Of a stretch of DNA of 64,000 nucleotides, positions 1 to 10,613 are shown in pieces. Made by a program: the position numbers and the translations under genes. The number at the start of each line of letters is the position of its first letter. Positions within the stretch are counted from its first letter, which is position 1. Source of the stretch: Rhizobium sp. Q54. Its GTDB lineage: Bacteria; Pseudomonadota; Alphaproteobacteria; UBA2966; CAIVPW01. Location of the stretch: positions 26,323 to 90,322 of the forward strand of contig CAMDCA010000002.1 of the NCBI GenBank assembly GCA_945889645.1. Direction: 5' to 3'. The notes under the pieces are model-generated. The model saw nothing but the letters and a program-made list of their open reading frames with translations. It had not been told where the DNA came from and searched no databases.

Positions 1-125
1 ACTGCTTGTCCAGTGAGATGCGCTTCCGCCAGACGCCGCACCGCACTTTCGGCGGGTCGATGATCTTCGACAGCGATAACGCAGTTGGTGTCGAGCGTGA
101 AGGACCGCACGGCAAACGGTAGCCG

Positions 126-1307
126 ATGATAGGTTTTCTGTCTCTCGCGGGAGTTCGGAGGAGCGTGAAGCCTCAAATCACTTCGATGGCCCTCGCAGCG
201 CTATTGGTGCTTCCGGTTTGCGCGCACGCGCAAGGCGGCGCCACGCCGCTGCAGCAACTCGAGGAACTCGAGCGCGCCCTCGAACAGGGCCGGCTGCGCC
301 AACAGGAACTTGCGCGCACAGCAGCGCGGCTCGCGCAGGAACTCGGCACGGTGCGTGCCCAGCTCGTCACCGCGGCCGACGCGGTGCAGCAGCAGGAAAC
401 GCGCATCGCCACCAGCACGGCGCGGCTCGAAACGCTGCGCGGGGAGGAAGCCGCGCGTGAGCAGGCGTGGACGCACGACCAGGCCAACCTCGGCCAAGTC
501 CTGGCGAGCCTGGCGCGCCTGTCGCGTCAGCCGCCCGCCACCATGGTGGCGGGCAAGGACGCGGCGCTCGATCTCGTGCGGTCGTCGCTGCTGCTCGCCG
601 CCGTCGTCCCGAGTCTGGAGGAGCGCGCGCGCGACGCCGTCGGCGCGATCACCAAGCTGCGCGCCCTGCGCGAGGAGATCACCGGCGAGCAGGCCAGCCT
701 GGCCGATGCCCGAGTCAAACTGGAAACCGAGCGTCAGCGGCTCACCCGCCTATTGGCGCAAAAGGCCGCCGAGCAAGCGCGCAACCTGACCGCGGTGACT
801 GCCGAGCGCGACCGTCTCGCCAAGCTCGGCAACGAGGCACAAGACCTGCGCGAGCTGCTGGGCAAGCTCGATGCCGAGCCTGGGCTGGACGACGGACCGC
901 CCGACGGGACGCGCCCCTTTGCCGAGGCGCGCGGGCGCCTGCCGCTGCCGGCTCGCGGCAAAGTGATCCGCAGTTGGGGCGAGGTCGACCCGCTCGGCTT
1001 CCCCGCCCGCGGACTGACCGTCGAAATCGTCGAAGATGCGCAGATTGTGGCGCCTTACGACGGGCGCATCGTCTTCGCCGACACCTTCCGCTCCTACGGC
1101 CAACTCTTGATAATCAGCCACGGCGGGGGCTACCATACGTTAATAGCCGGACTGCATCGGATCGACGGTCAGGTAGGCCAATGGTTGTTGGCCGGAGAGC
1201 CTGTCGGGCAGGCGAGTCACGGTGAGAACGGCAAATCCACGCTTTATGTAGAGCTCCGCCGCAACGGCGAGCCGATCAACCCATTGCCGTGGTTGGCGGC
1301 ACGGTAG
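126..1307 (+). CDS. envC: Murein hydrolase activator EnvC (coiled coil + degenerate M23/LytM domain)
   Basis: Signal peptide, long coiled coil, C-terminal GQLLIISHGGGYHTL...LYVELRRNGEPINP; upstream of ctpA. Start may be ATG 186. Confidence 0.88.
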   Translation: MIGFLSLAGVRRSVKPQITSMALAALLVLPVCAHAQGGATPLQQLEELERALEQGRLRQQELARTAARLAQELGTVRAQLVTAADAVQQQETRIATSTARLETLRGEEAAREQAWTHDQANLGQVLASLARLSRQPPATMVAGKDAALDLVRSSLLLAAVVPSLEERARDAVGAITKLRALREEITGEQASLADARVKLETERQRLTRLLAQKAAEQARNLTAVTAERDRLAKLGNEAQDLRELLGKLDAEPGLDDGPPDGTRPFAEARGRLPLPARGKVIRSWGEVDPLGFPARGLTVEIVEDAQIVAPYDGRIVFADTFRSYGQLLIISHGGGYHTLIAGLHRIDGQVGQWLLAGEPVGQASHGENGKSTLYVELRRNGEPINPLPWLAAR

Positions 1308-1327
1308 GCCAAAAGAGGGCAGTCAAC

Positions 1328-2563
1328 ATGATCAGGTCAGCGTTCGTCGCTTCGGTCGCCTCTGCAATGTTGTGGGCGGCCGTTCCGGCCACGGTTCAGG
1401 CCGCCGAGCCAACCGCCTACCAGCAGCTCAACCTATTCGGCAACGTGTTCGAGCTGGTGCGCGCTCGCTACGTCGGCCCGGTCGATGAGCAGAAGCTCAT
1501 CTACTCGGCCATCAACGGCATGCTCGCCGCTCTCGACCCGCACTCGGCCTTCATGGCCGCAACCGAATACAAGGACATGCAGGAGCGCACGTCCGGTGAG
1601 TTCGGTGGCCTTGGCCTCGAAGTGCGCATGGAAGACGGCCTGGTGAGGGTCTCGCGCCCGATGGAAGAGTCGCCGGCACTGCGCGCCGGCGTAAAGGCGG
1701 GCGACACCATCACCCACATCGACGGAACCCCGGTCCTCGGCCTGACCTTGAACGAGGCGGTCGAGAAGATGCGCGGCCGCGTCAACACGCCGATCGACCT
1801 GACCATCACCCGCGACGGCGCCACCGCTCCGATCGTCGTGCGCGTGACGCGCGACATTATCCGCCAGCCGTCCGTGCGCTTCCGCGCCGAGGGCAACGCA
1901 GTCTATATCCTCATCACCTCGTTCTCCGAACAGACCGAATCCGGCGTGCGCCGCGCCATGAGCGAAGTGCGCGCGACGCTCGGCGACAAGTTCGAGGGCG
2001 TCATCCTCGACCTGCGCAACAACCCGGGCGGCCTTCTGGAGCAGTCGGTTGCCGTCGTCGATGCATTCCTGGAGCGCGGTGAGGTCGTTTCGACCCGCGG
2101 CCGCGATCCGGGCAACGTGCAGCGCTACACGGCACGCCGCGGCGATCTGGCCGAGGGCAGGCCGATCATCGTCATCACCAACAACGGTTCGGCCTCGGCA
2201 TCCGAGATCGTCGCCGGCGCCCTGCAGGACCACAAGCGCGCCATCATCCTGGGCACCACGACCTTCGGTAAGGGCTCGGTGCAGACCATCATGCCGATGG
2301 GCGACCAGGGCGCCATGCGCCTCACCACCTCGCGCTACTACACGCCGTCGGGCCGTTCCATCCAGGGCACCGGCGTGACGCCGGATGTCGTCGTCGAGCA
2401 GGCGCGCATCCAGCCGCTGTCGGAAGCCAATGCGCAGATCGCGGCCGCCGCGCCGCCGACCGCCGGCCGGGGTGCGACGACGCCGCCGGACTACCAGCTG
2501 GCGCGCGCGGTCGACCTTCTCCACACGCTGTCGATTTATCAGAGGTCGCCGATCACGAACTAA
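1328..2563 (+). CDS. ctpA: Carboxy-terminal processing protease, S41A, intact catalytic dyad
   Basis: LDPHS, PDZ loop FGGLGL, DLRNNPGG, SASASEIVAGAL (Ser codon 2195), TFGKGSVQ (Lys codon 2270). Confidence 0.93.
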   Translation: MIRSAFVASVASAMLWAAVPATVQAAEPTAYQQLNLFGNVFELVRARYVGPVDEQKLIYSAINGMLAALDPHSAFMAATEYKDMQERTSGEFGGLGLEVRMEDGLVRVSRPMEESPALRAGVKAGDTITHIDGTPVLGLTLNEAVEKMRGRVNTPIDLTITRDGATAPIVVRVTRDIIRQPSVRFRAEGNAVYILITSFSEQTESGVRRAMSEVRATLGDKFEGVILDLRNNPGGLLEQSVAVVDAFLERGEVVSTRGRDPGNVQRYTARRGDLAEGRPIIVITNNGSASASEIVAGALQDHKRAIILGTTTFGKGSVQTIMPMGDQGAMRLTTSRYYTPSGRSIQGTGVTPDVVVEQARIQPLSEANAQIAAAAPPTAGRGATTPPDYQLARAVDLLHTLSIYQRSPITN

Positions 2564-2608
2564 CGGACGCGGTTCGGCGAACCACATTTCAGGTTGGGAA
2601 TTTTCCAC

Positions 2609-3895
2609 ATGGTGATGTCCAAGGTTGGAGCCGCGCGCACGTGGCGCGCGGGCGTTGGGGGAGTTGTCGCGGCAGCGACACTGGCGCTGCTGACGGCCGA
2701 CACGCTGGCGGCGGATGCCAAGACCTACACGCAGCTCAACCTGTTCGGTGACACGTACGACCGCGTGCGCCGCGCCTACGTGGAAGCAATCCCGGACGAG
2801 TACCTGGTGCGCTCGGCCATCAACGGCCTGCTGACGGCGCTGGATCCTCAGTCGATGTTCCTGACGCCCGAGGCGTACAAGAATCTCCTCGCCAACAAGG
2901 TGCGGACCTACGACGGCCTCGGCCTTGAGATCACCATGTCCGAGGGCGTGGCGCGCATCGTCGCTCCGATCGACGGCGGCCCGGCCGCGACCGCCGGCCT
3001 GCGCACCGACGACATGATCGTCGATATCAACGGCACGCCGGTGTTCGGTATGAACCTGACCGAGACCATCCAGGCGCTGCAGGGCACGCCGGGAACCGTC
3101 GCCGACCTGGTGGTCGTGCGCCAGGGCACGGATCCGTTCCGCTTGGCGCTGACGCGCCAGAGCGTGCCGGAGCCGAAGGTCACCGCGCGCCTGCGCGGCA
3201 ACGAGGTGTACGTCCGCCTGCCCTACTTCACGCCGGGCGTGCTGGCCGAGCTGACCAAGGCCATCAACGACCTCGCCACCAAACTGGGCGAAAACTTCGA
3301 GGGCGTCGTGCTCGACCTGCGTAACACGCCGGGCGGCTCGCAAGAAGCCGCCATCCAGGTCGCTGACGCGTTCCTCGTCGATGGCCCGATCGCGTCCATC
3401 AAGGGCAAGGCCGAAGGCGACTCCAAGCAGTTCAATGCCACGGCAGGCGACATCCTCAACGGCCGGCCGCTGGTCGTCGTGGTCGACGGCGGCACCGCCG
3501 GCCCAGCCGAGATCGTCGCCGGCGCGCTGCGCGATCGCACCCGCGCCATCGTCCTCGGCACCACCACCTTCAAGCGCGGCTCGGCCCAAAGCCTCGTGCC
3601 GATGGGCGAGTTCGGCTACGTCCAGCTCACCACCGGCTACTACCTGACGCCCAAGGGCACCTCCATCCAGGAAGCCGGCATCGAGCCGGAGACCGTGGTC
3701 GAGCCGGCCCGCGTCATCCTGCCCGAAGACCGCTTCCCGCGCCGTACCGAGGCGACCCTGCGCGGCGCCCTCGACATTCCGGCTGGTGGCCCGGTCGCGG
3801 CGCAAGCCGAACGCTCGGAAGAGGACTACCAGCTCGCGCGCGCGTTCGACCTGTTGCACGCACTTGCCCTGGTCCGGCAGTTCGCCGCGAACTAA
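2609..3895 (+). CDS. S41/CtpA paralog with degenerate catalytic residues (probable pseudo-protease)
   Basis: Collinear with upstream ctpA (QLNLFG, SAINGLL, DLRNTPGG, DYQLARA) but TAGPAE replaces SASASE and TFKRG replaces TFGKG. Confidence 0.85.
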   Translation: MVMSKVGAARTWRAGVGGVVAAATLALLTADTLAADAKTYTQLNLFGDTYDRVRRAYVEAIPDEYLVRSAINGLLTALDPQSMFLTPEAYKNLLANKVRTYDGLGLEITMSEGVARIVAPIDGGPAATAGLRTDDMIVDINGTPVFGMNLTETIQALQGTPGTVADLVVVRQGTDPFRLALTRQSVPEPKVTARLRGNEVYVRLPYFTPGVLAELTKAINDLATKLGENFEGVVLDLRNTPGGSQEAAIQVADAFLVDGPIASIKGKAEGDSKQFNATAGDILNGRPLVVVVDGGTAGPAEIVAGALRDRTRAIVLGTTTFKRGSAQSLVPMGEFGYVQLTTGYYLTPKGTSIQEAGIEPETVVEPARVILPEDRFPRRTEATLRGALDIPAGGPVAAQAERSEEDYQLARAFDLLHALALVRQFAAN

Positions 3896-3978
3896 ACAGC
3901 TCACCCGCGCTAGGCTGCTGCCGCGCGCGCGCGCCGGCCGCAGCCGGCGCGTGTGCCTGACGCGCCGATAGGCCCCTC

Positions 3979-5469
3979 ATGGCGCGCAAGAAGGCTCCCG
4001 AGCCGGAACCCGAAGAAGAAGCTATTCCCGTCGAGGCCGAGGTCGAGGTCGAGGCCGACGACGAGGCGCAGCTTGCGGTGGACGACGAGGACGCAGTCGT
4101 CGCCGACGACGATACCGACTCGCCCGAGGACGACGAGCCCGCCGACGATGATGCCGGGGATGCCGACGATCATCCCAACATCAGCCAGTTCTTTGGCGGC
4201 GGCGGCGGCGGCGGCGGAGGCGACGACGACGACGCCGCCGAGATCGGCGTCACCGACGACGACTACGAGGACGAGGACGAGGACGAAGGCACGCCGTTCT
4301 ACAAGCGGCCGATCCTGCTCGCGTCGCTCGGCCTCCTCCTGCTGATCGGCGTAGCCGTCGGCTGGACCTGGGTCAGCTTCGACCACGACGCCTTCGACGC
4401 CGCCAACGCACCGCCGACCCTGGTCGCGGCCTTGGCACCACCCGCTCGTCCAGCCGCGAGCGAAGGCGTAGCAGCGGAGGGCGGGGCCCCGGCCGCGCCC
4501 GCGGCCGCCGCAGTTCCCGAAGGCGCTACTGCGCCGCGCCCAGCAGCCCCCGCGGCCACACCCCCCGCGACGGCGGCAGGCACCGCTGCCCGACCGACAA
4601 CGCCCGCGGCGCCGGCCGCTCCCACTCCCGAGGCAGCGCCGGCCGCTCCTGCGGCGACCGTCGCCCTGGTGCCCGCCCCGGACCCCGCCTTGGTCGCTCC
4701 CGGCGAGAACGGCCCGCTCCCCATCATCGGCGAGGACGGACGCCAGCCGTGGCGCGTGTACGCCCGGCCATTCGCCTTGCCGCCCGAGATGCCAAAGATC
4801 GCCATCGTCATCGGCGGCATGGGTCTGTCGCGCGCCGCTACGCTGGCCGCCATCCAACAGTTGCCGCCGGATGTCACCCTGGCGTTTGCGCCGTATGCCC
4901 CCAACCTTGAGGCGCAGATTGCCGAGGCCCGCGCGGCCGGCCACGAGGTCGTCCTGCAGCTGCCAATGGAACCGCTCGGCTACCCGGCCAACGACCCCGG
5001 CCCGCACACGCTGCTCGCCAACGCGACGGCCGTGGACAACCTGGCTCGGCTGCACTGGCTGCTGTCGCGCTTCACCGGCTACATCGGCGTGACCAACTAC
5101 ATGGGCGCCAAGCTCAGCGCGTCGGCGGATGCACTGAAGCCAATCCTGGCCGACCTCAACGCCCGCGGCCTGATGTTCCTCGACGCGCGCGAGACGACCA
5201 ACAGCGTCGCCGCCACCCTGGCGCAAGAGATCAACATGCCGCGCGCCATCAACAACCGCTTCCTCGATGCCGAGGCGTCGCGCACCGCGGTGGATGCCCG
5301 TCTGCTCGAACTGGAGCGCATCGCCCTGCAGCAGGGTGGTGCCATCGGCATCGGCTACGCCTATCCGGTCACCATCGAGCGCGTCGCGGCCTGGATTCGC
5401 ACCCTGCGCGACAAGAACGTTGCCCTGGCGCCGCTCTCGGCGCTGGCACGTACGACCCCGACCAACTGA
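3979..5469 (+). CDS. Divergent polysaccharide deacetylase (YibQ-like) with acidic N-terminus, TM helix and Ala/Pro linker
   Basis: GHEVVLQLPMEP, GVTNYMGAK, FLDAR motifs; conserved position after ctpA. Confidence 0.88.
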   Translation: MARKKAPEPEPEEEAIPVEAEVEVEADDEAQLAVDDEDAVVADDDTDSPEDDEPADDDAGDADDHPNISQFFGGGGGGGGGDDDDAAEIGVTDDDYEDEDEDEGTPFYKRPILLASLGLLLLIGVAVGWTWVSFDHDAFDAANAPPTLVAALAPPARPAASEGVAAEGGAPAAPAAAAVPEGATAPRPAAPAATPPATAAGTAARPTTPAAPAAPTPEAAPAAPAATVALVPAPDPALVAPGENGPLPIIGEDGRQPWRVYARPFALPPEMPKIAIVIGGMGLSRAATLAAIQQLPPDVTLAFAPYAPNLEAQIAEARAAGHEVVLQLPMEPLGYPANDPGPHTLLANATAVDNLARLHWLLSRFTGYIGVTNYMGAKLSASADALKPILADLNARGLMFLDARETTNSVAATLAQEINMPRAINNRFLDAEASRTAVDARLLELERIALQQGGAIGIGYAYPVTIERVAAWIRTLRDKNVALAPLSALARTTPTN

Positions 5470-5470
5470 C

Positions 5471-5977
5471 GTGAGCCGGCCGCCGGCGTCCGAGCGGGAC
5501 CTGCTGCACGTGCGCGCCCTGCCCTACCGCATGGGCGTCGGCATCATGCTGCTGAACGCGGACGGTGCCGTCCTGATCGGCCACCGCGTCGACATGAAAA
5601 GCGAGGCCTGGCAGATGCCGCAGGGCGGCATCGACGCCGGCGAGACCCCCGAACAGGCACTGTGGCGCGAGCTGCAGGAAGAGGTCGGCACGGCGAAGGC
5701 CACCATCCTAGCCCGCGCCCGCGACTGGATTTCCTACGACTTCCCGGCCGAGCTGCAGGCCCGCGTGTGGGACGGCCGCTTCCGCGGCCAGAGCCAGATG
5801 TGGTTCCTGCTACGCTTCACCGGCGTCGATGCAGACCTTGCCCTCGATACCCACGAGCGCGAGTTCAGTGAGACCCGCTGGGTGGCGACCGCGGAATTGC
5901 CCGACATGGTGGTCGGCTTCAAGCGCGATACTTACCGCAGCGTCCTGACCGAATTCGCGGCGCATTTGCGTAGCTGA
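5471..5977 (+). CDS. rppH: RNA pyrophosphohydrolase (Nudix)
   Basis: LPYRMGVGIML, WQMPQGGID...RELQEEVG, FRGQSQMWF; GTG start estimated. Confidence 0.88.
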   Translation: MSRPPASERDLLHVRALPYRMGVGIMLLNADGAVLIGHRVDMKSEAWQMPQGGIDAGETPEQALWRELQEEVGTAKATILARARDWISYDFPAELQARVWDGRFRGQSQMWFLLRFTGVDADLALDTHEREFSETRWVATAELPDMVVGFKRDTYRSVLTEFAAHLRS

Positions 5978-6035
5978 TCTACGCAGTTCCCACGATGGTC
6001 CGGACGAGCGCTACGCGCCACAGTGGCAAGGTCGA

Positions 6036-7277
6036 ATGACCGCCGCCCCTCGCCCCGGCCGCCAACACGAACCGCTTGCCCGCACCCTCGGAATCGCCTC
6101 GCTGGTTCTGTACGGGCTCGGAACCATCATCGGCGCCGGCATCTATGTGCTGGTCGGCGAGGTCGCCAGTGAAGCGGGAGCGGCGACGCCGTTGGCCTTT
6201 GTTCTGGCCGGCGTGCTTGCCAGCCTGACCGGCCTTTCCTACGCGGAGTTGGTCGGCCGGCACCCTGCAGCCGAAGGATCCGTGGCCTTCGTCCATCATG
6301 CTTTCGGCTCGCGGCTCCTCTCGCTGGTGACGGGCATCGCCTTTGCCGCTGTCACCATCGTCGCCTCCGCCTCCATCACCCTGGGCGGAGCGGCCTATGT
6401 CACGCGCTGGATCGACCTGCCGCAGCCGGTTATCGGCGGCGCGGTCGTCGTCGTGTTCACGGCCATCGCCTGCCTGCGCGTCACGGAAAGCGTGCGGGTA
6501 GCGGCGCTGTTCAGCGCTGTCGAGGTCGTCGGCCTGCTAGTGGTGATCGCGGTGGGATCGCCTTCGCTATCCGACATCGGCCCTGAGCTGGCTGCGATGA
6601 TTCCAGGATCAACGGACGGCTGGCTTGGTCTCGGCGCCGGCACCTTCATCGCCTTCTTCGCGTACATCGGTTTCGAAGGCATGGCCAACATGGCCGAGGA
6701 AACCGCCGACGTCGGACGCACGCTGCCGCGCGCAATCCTCGTCGCCATCGCCATCGCCGGCATCCTGTATGGCGTCGTCTCGCTCATTGCCGTCCTGGCC
6801 GTGGAGCCCGAGGAACTGGCAGGAAATCCGGCACCCTTGATCCCAGTGCTGGAGCGCTACGCGCCGCAGATGATCGGCACCTTCGTCGCCGTCGCAGTGG
6901 TTGCCACCCTCAACGGCGTCCTGATCGGCATCGTCGTGGCGTCGCGCCTGGCATACGGGATGGCCCGCCGTGGCCATTGGTGGGCCTGGTTCGGCCAGGT
7001 GAATGCAACGACGCGGACGCCCATCCACGCGACCGCCGTGGTGGGCGCGATCGTCTTCGCCTTGGTGGTTCTTGTGCCGTTTCAAGCGCTTGTCAGCATC
7101 ACGAGCGCCCTGACGCTGGGGGTATTCGCGGCGGTCAATGCGTCGCTGTGGCAGTTGAAGCGGCGCGATCCGCGCCCCGCCGGAGTCACGACAATCGTGC
7201 CGCCGTGGGTACCGGTCGCCGGTGGCGCCGCCTGTGTGGCGCTGATGGCTGCGAGCGCGCTGCACTGGCTCTACTAG
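6036..7277 (+). CDS. APC-family amino acid permease
   Basis: GTIIGAGIY, FFAYIGFE...AEE, many TM helices. Confidence 0.88.
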   Translation: MTAAPRPGRQHEPLARTLGIASLVLYGLGTIIGAGIYVLVGEVASEAGAATPLAFVLAGVLASLTGLSYAELVGRHPAAEGSVAFVHHAFGSRLLSLVTGIAFAAVTIVASASITLGGAAYVTRWIDLPQPVIGGAVVVVFTAIACLRVTESVRVAALFSAVEVVGLLVVIAVGSPSLSDIGPELAAMIPGSTDGWLGLGAGTFIAFFAYIGFEGMANMAEETADVGRTLPRAILVAIAIAGILYGVVSLIAVLAVEPEELAGNPAPLIPVLERYAPQMIGTFVAVAVVATLNGVLIGIVVASRLAYGMARRGHWWAWFGQVNATTRTPIHATAVVGAIVFALVVLVPFQALVSITSALTLGVFAAVNASLWQLKRRDPRPAGVTTIVPPWVPVAGGAACVALMAASALHWLY

Positions 7278-7333
7278 GGGCGCGGCTGCATACTCCGGCG
7301 GTTCACCATCCGCACAACTGCATCGGAGTGTTC

Positions 7334-7966
7334 ATGGCCAAAGCAACCCGTCGCTCTCCCAAGCGCGCTGCAAAGAAGGCTCCCGCACGCAAGGCCGCTG
7401 CCAAGTCGGTACGCAAGACCGTCGCCAAAACCGTCCGCAAGGTCGCCGCGAAGGCAAAGCGCACGGTAGCCTCGGCAAAGCGGAAGGTAGCCGCGATGGC
7501 GAAGCGCAAACCCGCCGCCAAGGCCGCCCGCGCCCCGGCCCGCAAGGCGATGCGTCCTGGAGCGCGCAAGACCAAGCGCGCCGCCCCCGGCCGTCACGTG
7601 CCGACCCCCAACCTGCACGGTTGGATCACCCACACCGACATCACCAGCGCCGATCCGGCGGCGACCAAGGCCTGGTGCCAGAGCGTGCTGGGCTGGAAGT
7701 TCATGGGCAGCATGCCAACGCCCGGTGGCGAGTATCATTTGTTCGCCTACTCGGACAAAGGCGGCGGCGGCCTCCAGCAAACCAGCGGAGGGCAGCCCCC
7801 GGCGTCCACGCCGTTCGTCCACGTCGACAACGCCCAGGCGGCATTCGACAAGGCGGTCGCCGCCGGCGCCGAGATCATCGAATCTCCCCGCAAGGTGATG
7901 GAGGGCGTCACCACCGCCGTGGTCCGCGCCCCCGGCGGCGTGGTGATCGGCTTCGCCGGCCCGTAG
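7334..7966 (+). CDS. VOC/glyoxalase-family protein with histone-H1-like Lys/Ala/Arg N-terminal tail
   Basis: SD GGAG before ATG 7334; basic tail then VOC pattern (ITHTDITSADPAATKAW...LGWKF, FVHVDN, APGGVVIG). Confidence 0.78.
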   Translation: MAKATRRSPKRAAKKAPARKAAAKSVRKTVAKTVRKVAAKAKRTVASAKRKVAAMAKRKPAAKAARAPARKAMRPGARKTKRAAPGRHVPTPNLHGWITHTDITSADPAATKAWCQSVLGWKFMGSMPTPGGEYHLFAYSDKGGGGLQQTSGGQPPASTPFVHVDNAQAAFDKAVAAGAEIIESPRKVMEGVTTAVVRAPGGVVIGFAGP

Positions 7967-8104
7967 CTACAGGTCCACACGGCCGTCGCGCCATGGCGGC
8001 GGCCGTTGTCCGGGGCAATGCTGCGGATAGATTTCGCGGCATGGGCCGCCGTCCCAAGGTGGCCGCGCGATCCGTCTGGGATCGCCTCACCTTTGGGAGG
8101 GCAA

Positions 8105-8596
8105 ATGAGAAACCTAATCGCCGCCGCTGCGGCCGCTATCGCGCTGGCCGGCCTGTCGATGTCGTCGCACGCCGAGGGCAACCTTGCCGCCGGACCACCG
8201 ACCGACCTCAGCGTGACTATCACCACGACGCCGAATGGCCCGGTCGTGACACCGGCCGCGTTCGACATGGTGACGGGCAAGTATTACCGGCTCAACGTCA
8301 CCTTCGACGGCCCGGACACCGATCCGGATTGGCGCTTGGAGGTCAACGAGCTCCTAGCCAACTCGCACGTGCGGGTGATGACCATCGCGGGCATCGAGAT
8401 CCACCTCCAGGGCATGCCGTTCCGCGCCGTCGAGTTCGACGGCCACGGCACCATGCAGGTCAGCTTTGTGGTGATCCGGCCGGGCAACTATCCGTACATC
8501 GTCGGCGACAATCCCGGCGCGATGGGCTTGCCGGTCGGCACCCCCGGACAGGCCGACCCGAGCCGCCGCGCCATCGGCATGTTCAACGTGAAGTGA
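8105..8596 (+). CDS. Secreted protein, probable cupredoxin-like beta fold
   Basis: SD GGAGG, signal peptide, TGKYYRL and FVVIRPGNY strand patterns; no Cys. Confidence 0.55.
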   Translation: MRNLIAAAAAAIALAGLSMSSHAEGNLAAGPPTDLSVTITTTPNGPVVTPAAFDMVTGKYYRLNVTFDGPDTDPDWRLEVNELLANSHVRVMTIAGIEIHLQGMPFRAVEFDGHGTMQVSFVVIRPGNYPYIVGDNPGAMGLPVGTPGQADPSRRAIGMFNVK

Positions 8597-8610
8597 CGCT
8601 GCGCCGCAGC

Positions 8611-8694
8611 GTCATCGCGAGGCGCGCAGCGCCGCGGCGATCCAGAGGCAGCGCGCGACTGCGGCGCGAAATGGCCGGGCGCGAGCCCGGCCAT
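8611..8694. repeat. REP-like composite palindromes between convergent genes
   Basis: GTCATCGCGAGG...GCGATCCAG plus perfect stem ATGGCCGGGC-GCGA-GCCCGGCCAT (8671-8694); related copy at 58008. Confidence 0.55.
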
Positions 8695-8714
8695 GCTACT
8701 CCGCGCGCTAGGAA

Positions 8715-9119
8715 CTAGCGGGCGGCGGCCGTCAGCATCTCGCGCAGCACGGCGACGGCCGTCGAGGCCTTGTGCTGGTCGAGGTCGGTCTTGGCGTCAG
8801 CCAAGTCCTCTTCGGCGTCCTTGATGCGCTTCTCGATGGCGGCACGGTCGAGGGACGCCACTTCGACGGCGTCGTCGGCCAGCACGGTGCAGCGGTCGGC
8901 CGACACTTCGCAGATGCCGCCCGAAATGAAGATGCGCTCCGGTGCGCCGGTGCCCTTGTAGACCTCGATCACGCCCGGCCGGATGGTCGAGATGATCGGG
9001 GCGTGGCCGGGCAGGACGCCGAAGTCGCCTTCGGAACCCGGCACGACGACCATATCGGCGTCCTCGGAGCGCAGCTGGCGCTCCGGGCTGACGAGGTCGA
9101 ACTTGACGCGGTCGGCCAC
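8715..9119 (-). CDS. atpC: ATP synthase F1 epsilon
   Basis: FDLVSPER, PGSEGDFGVLPGHAP; operon position. Confidence 0.95.
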   Translation of the reverse strand: MADRVKFDLVSPERQLRSEDADMVVVPGSEGDFGVLPGHAPIISTIRPGVIEVYKGTGAPERIFISGGICEVSADRCTVLADDAVEVASLDRAAIEKRIKDAEEDLADAKTDLDQHKASTAVAVLREMLTAAAR

Positions 9120-9128
9120 GGACGAGCC

Positions 9129-10613
<1,485 letters not shown>

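Noticed and set aside
1-16. LLVQ-stop as the possible tail of an upstream gene such as gpmI
   Set aside because: Too short to support; only synteny suggests it.
1433-3904. Long antisense or alternate-frame ORFs (823 aa here; also 8772-10808, 41694-44120, 60797-63100)
   Set aside because: Shadow ORFs of high-GC genes that have clear homology on the other strand.
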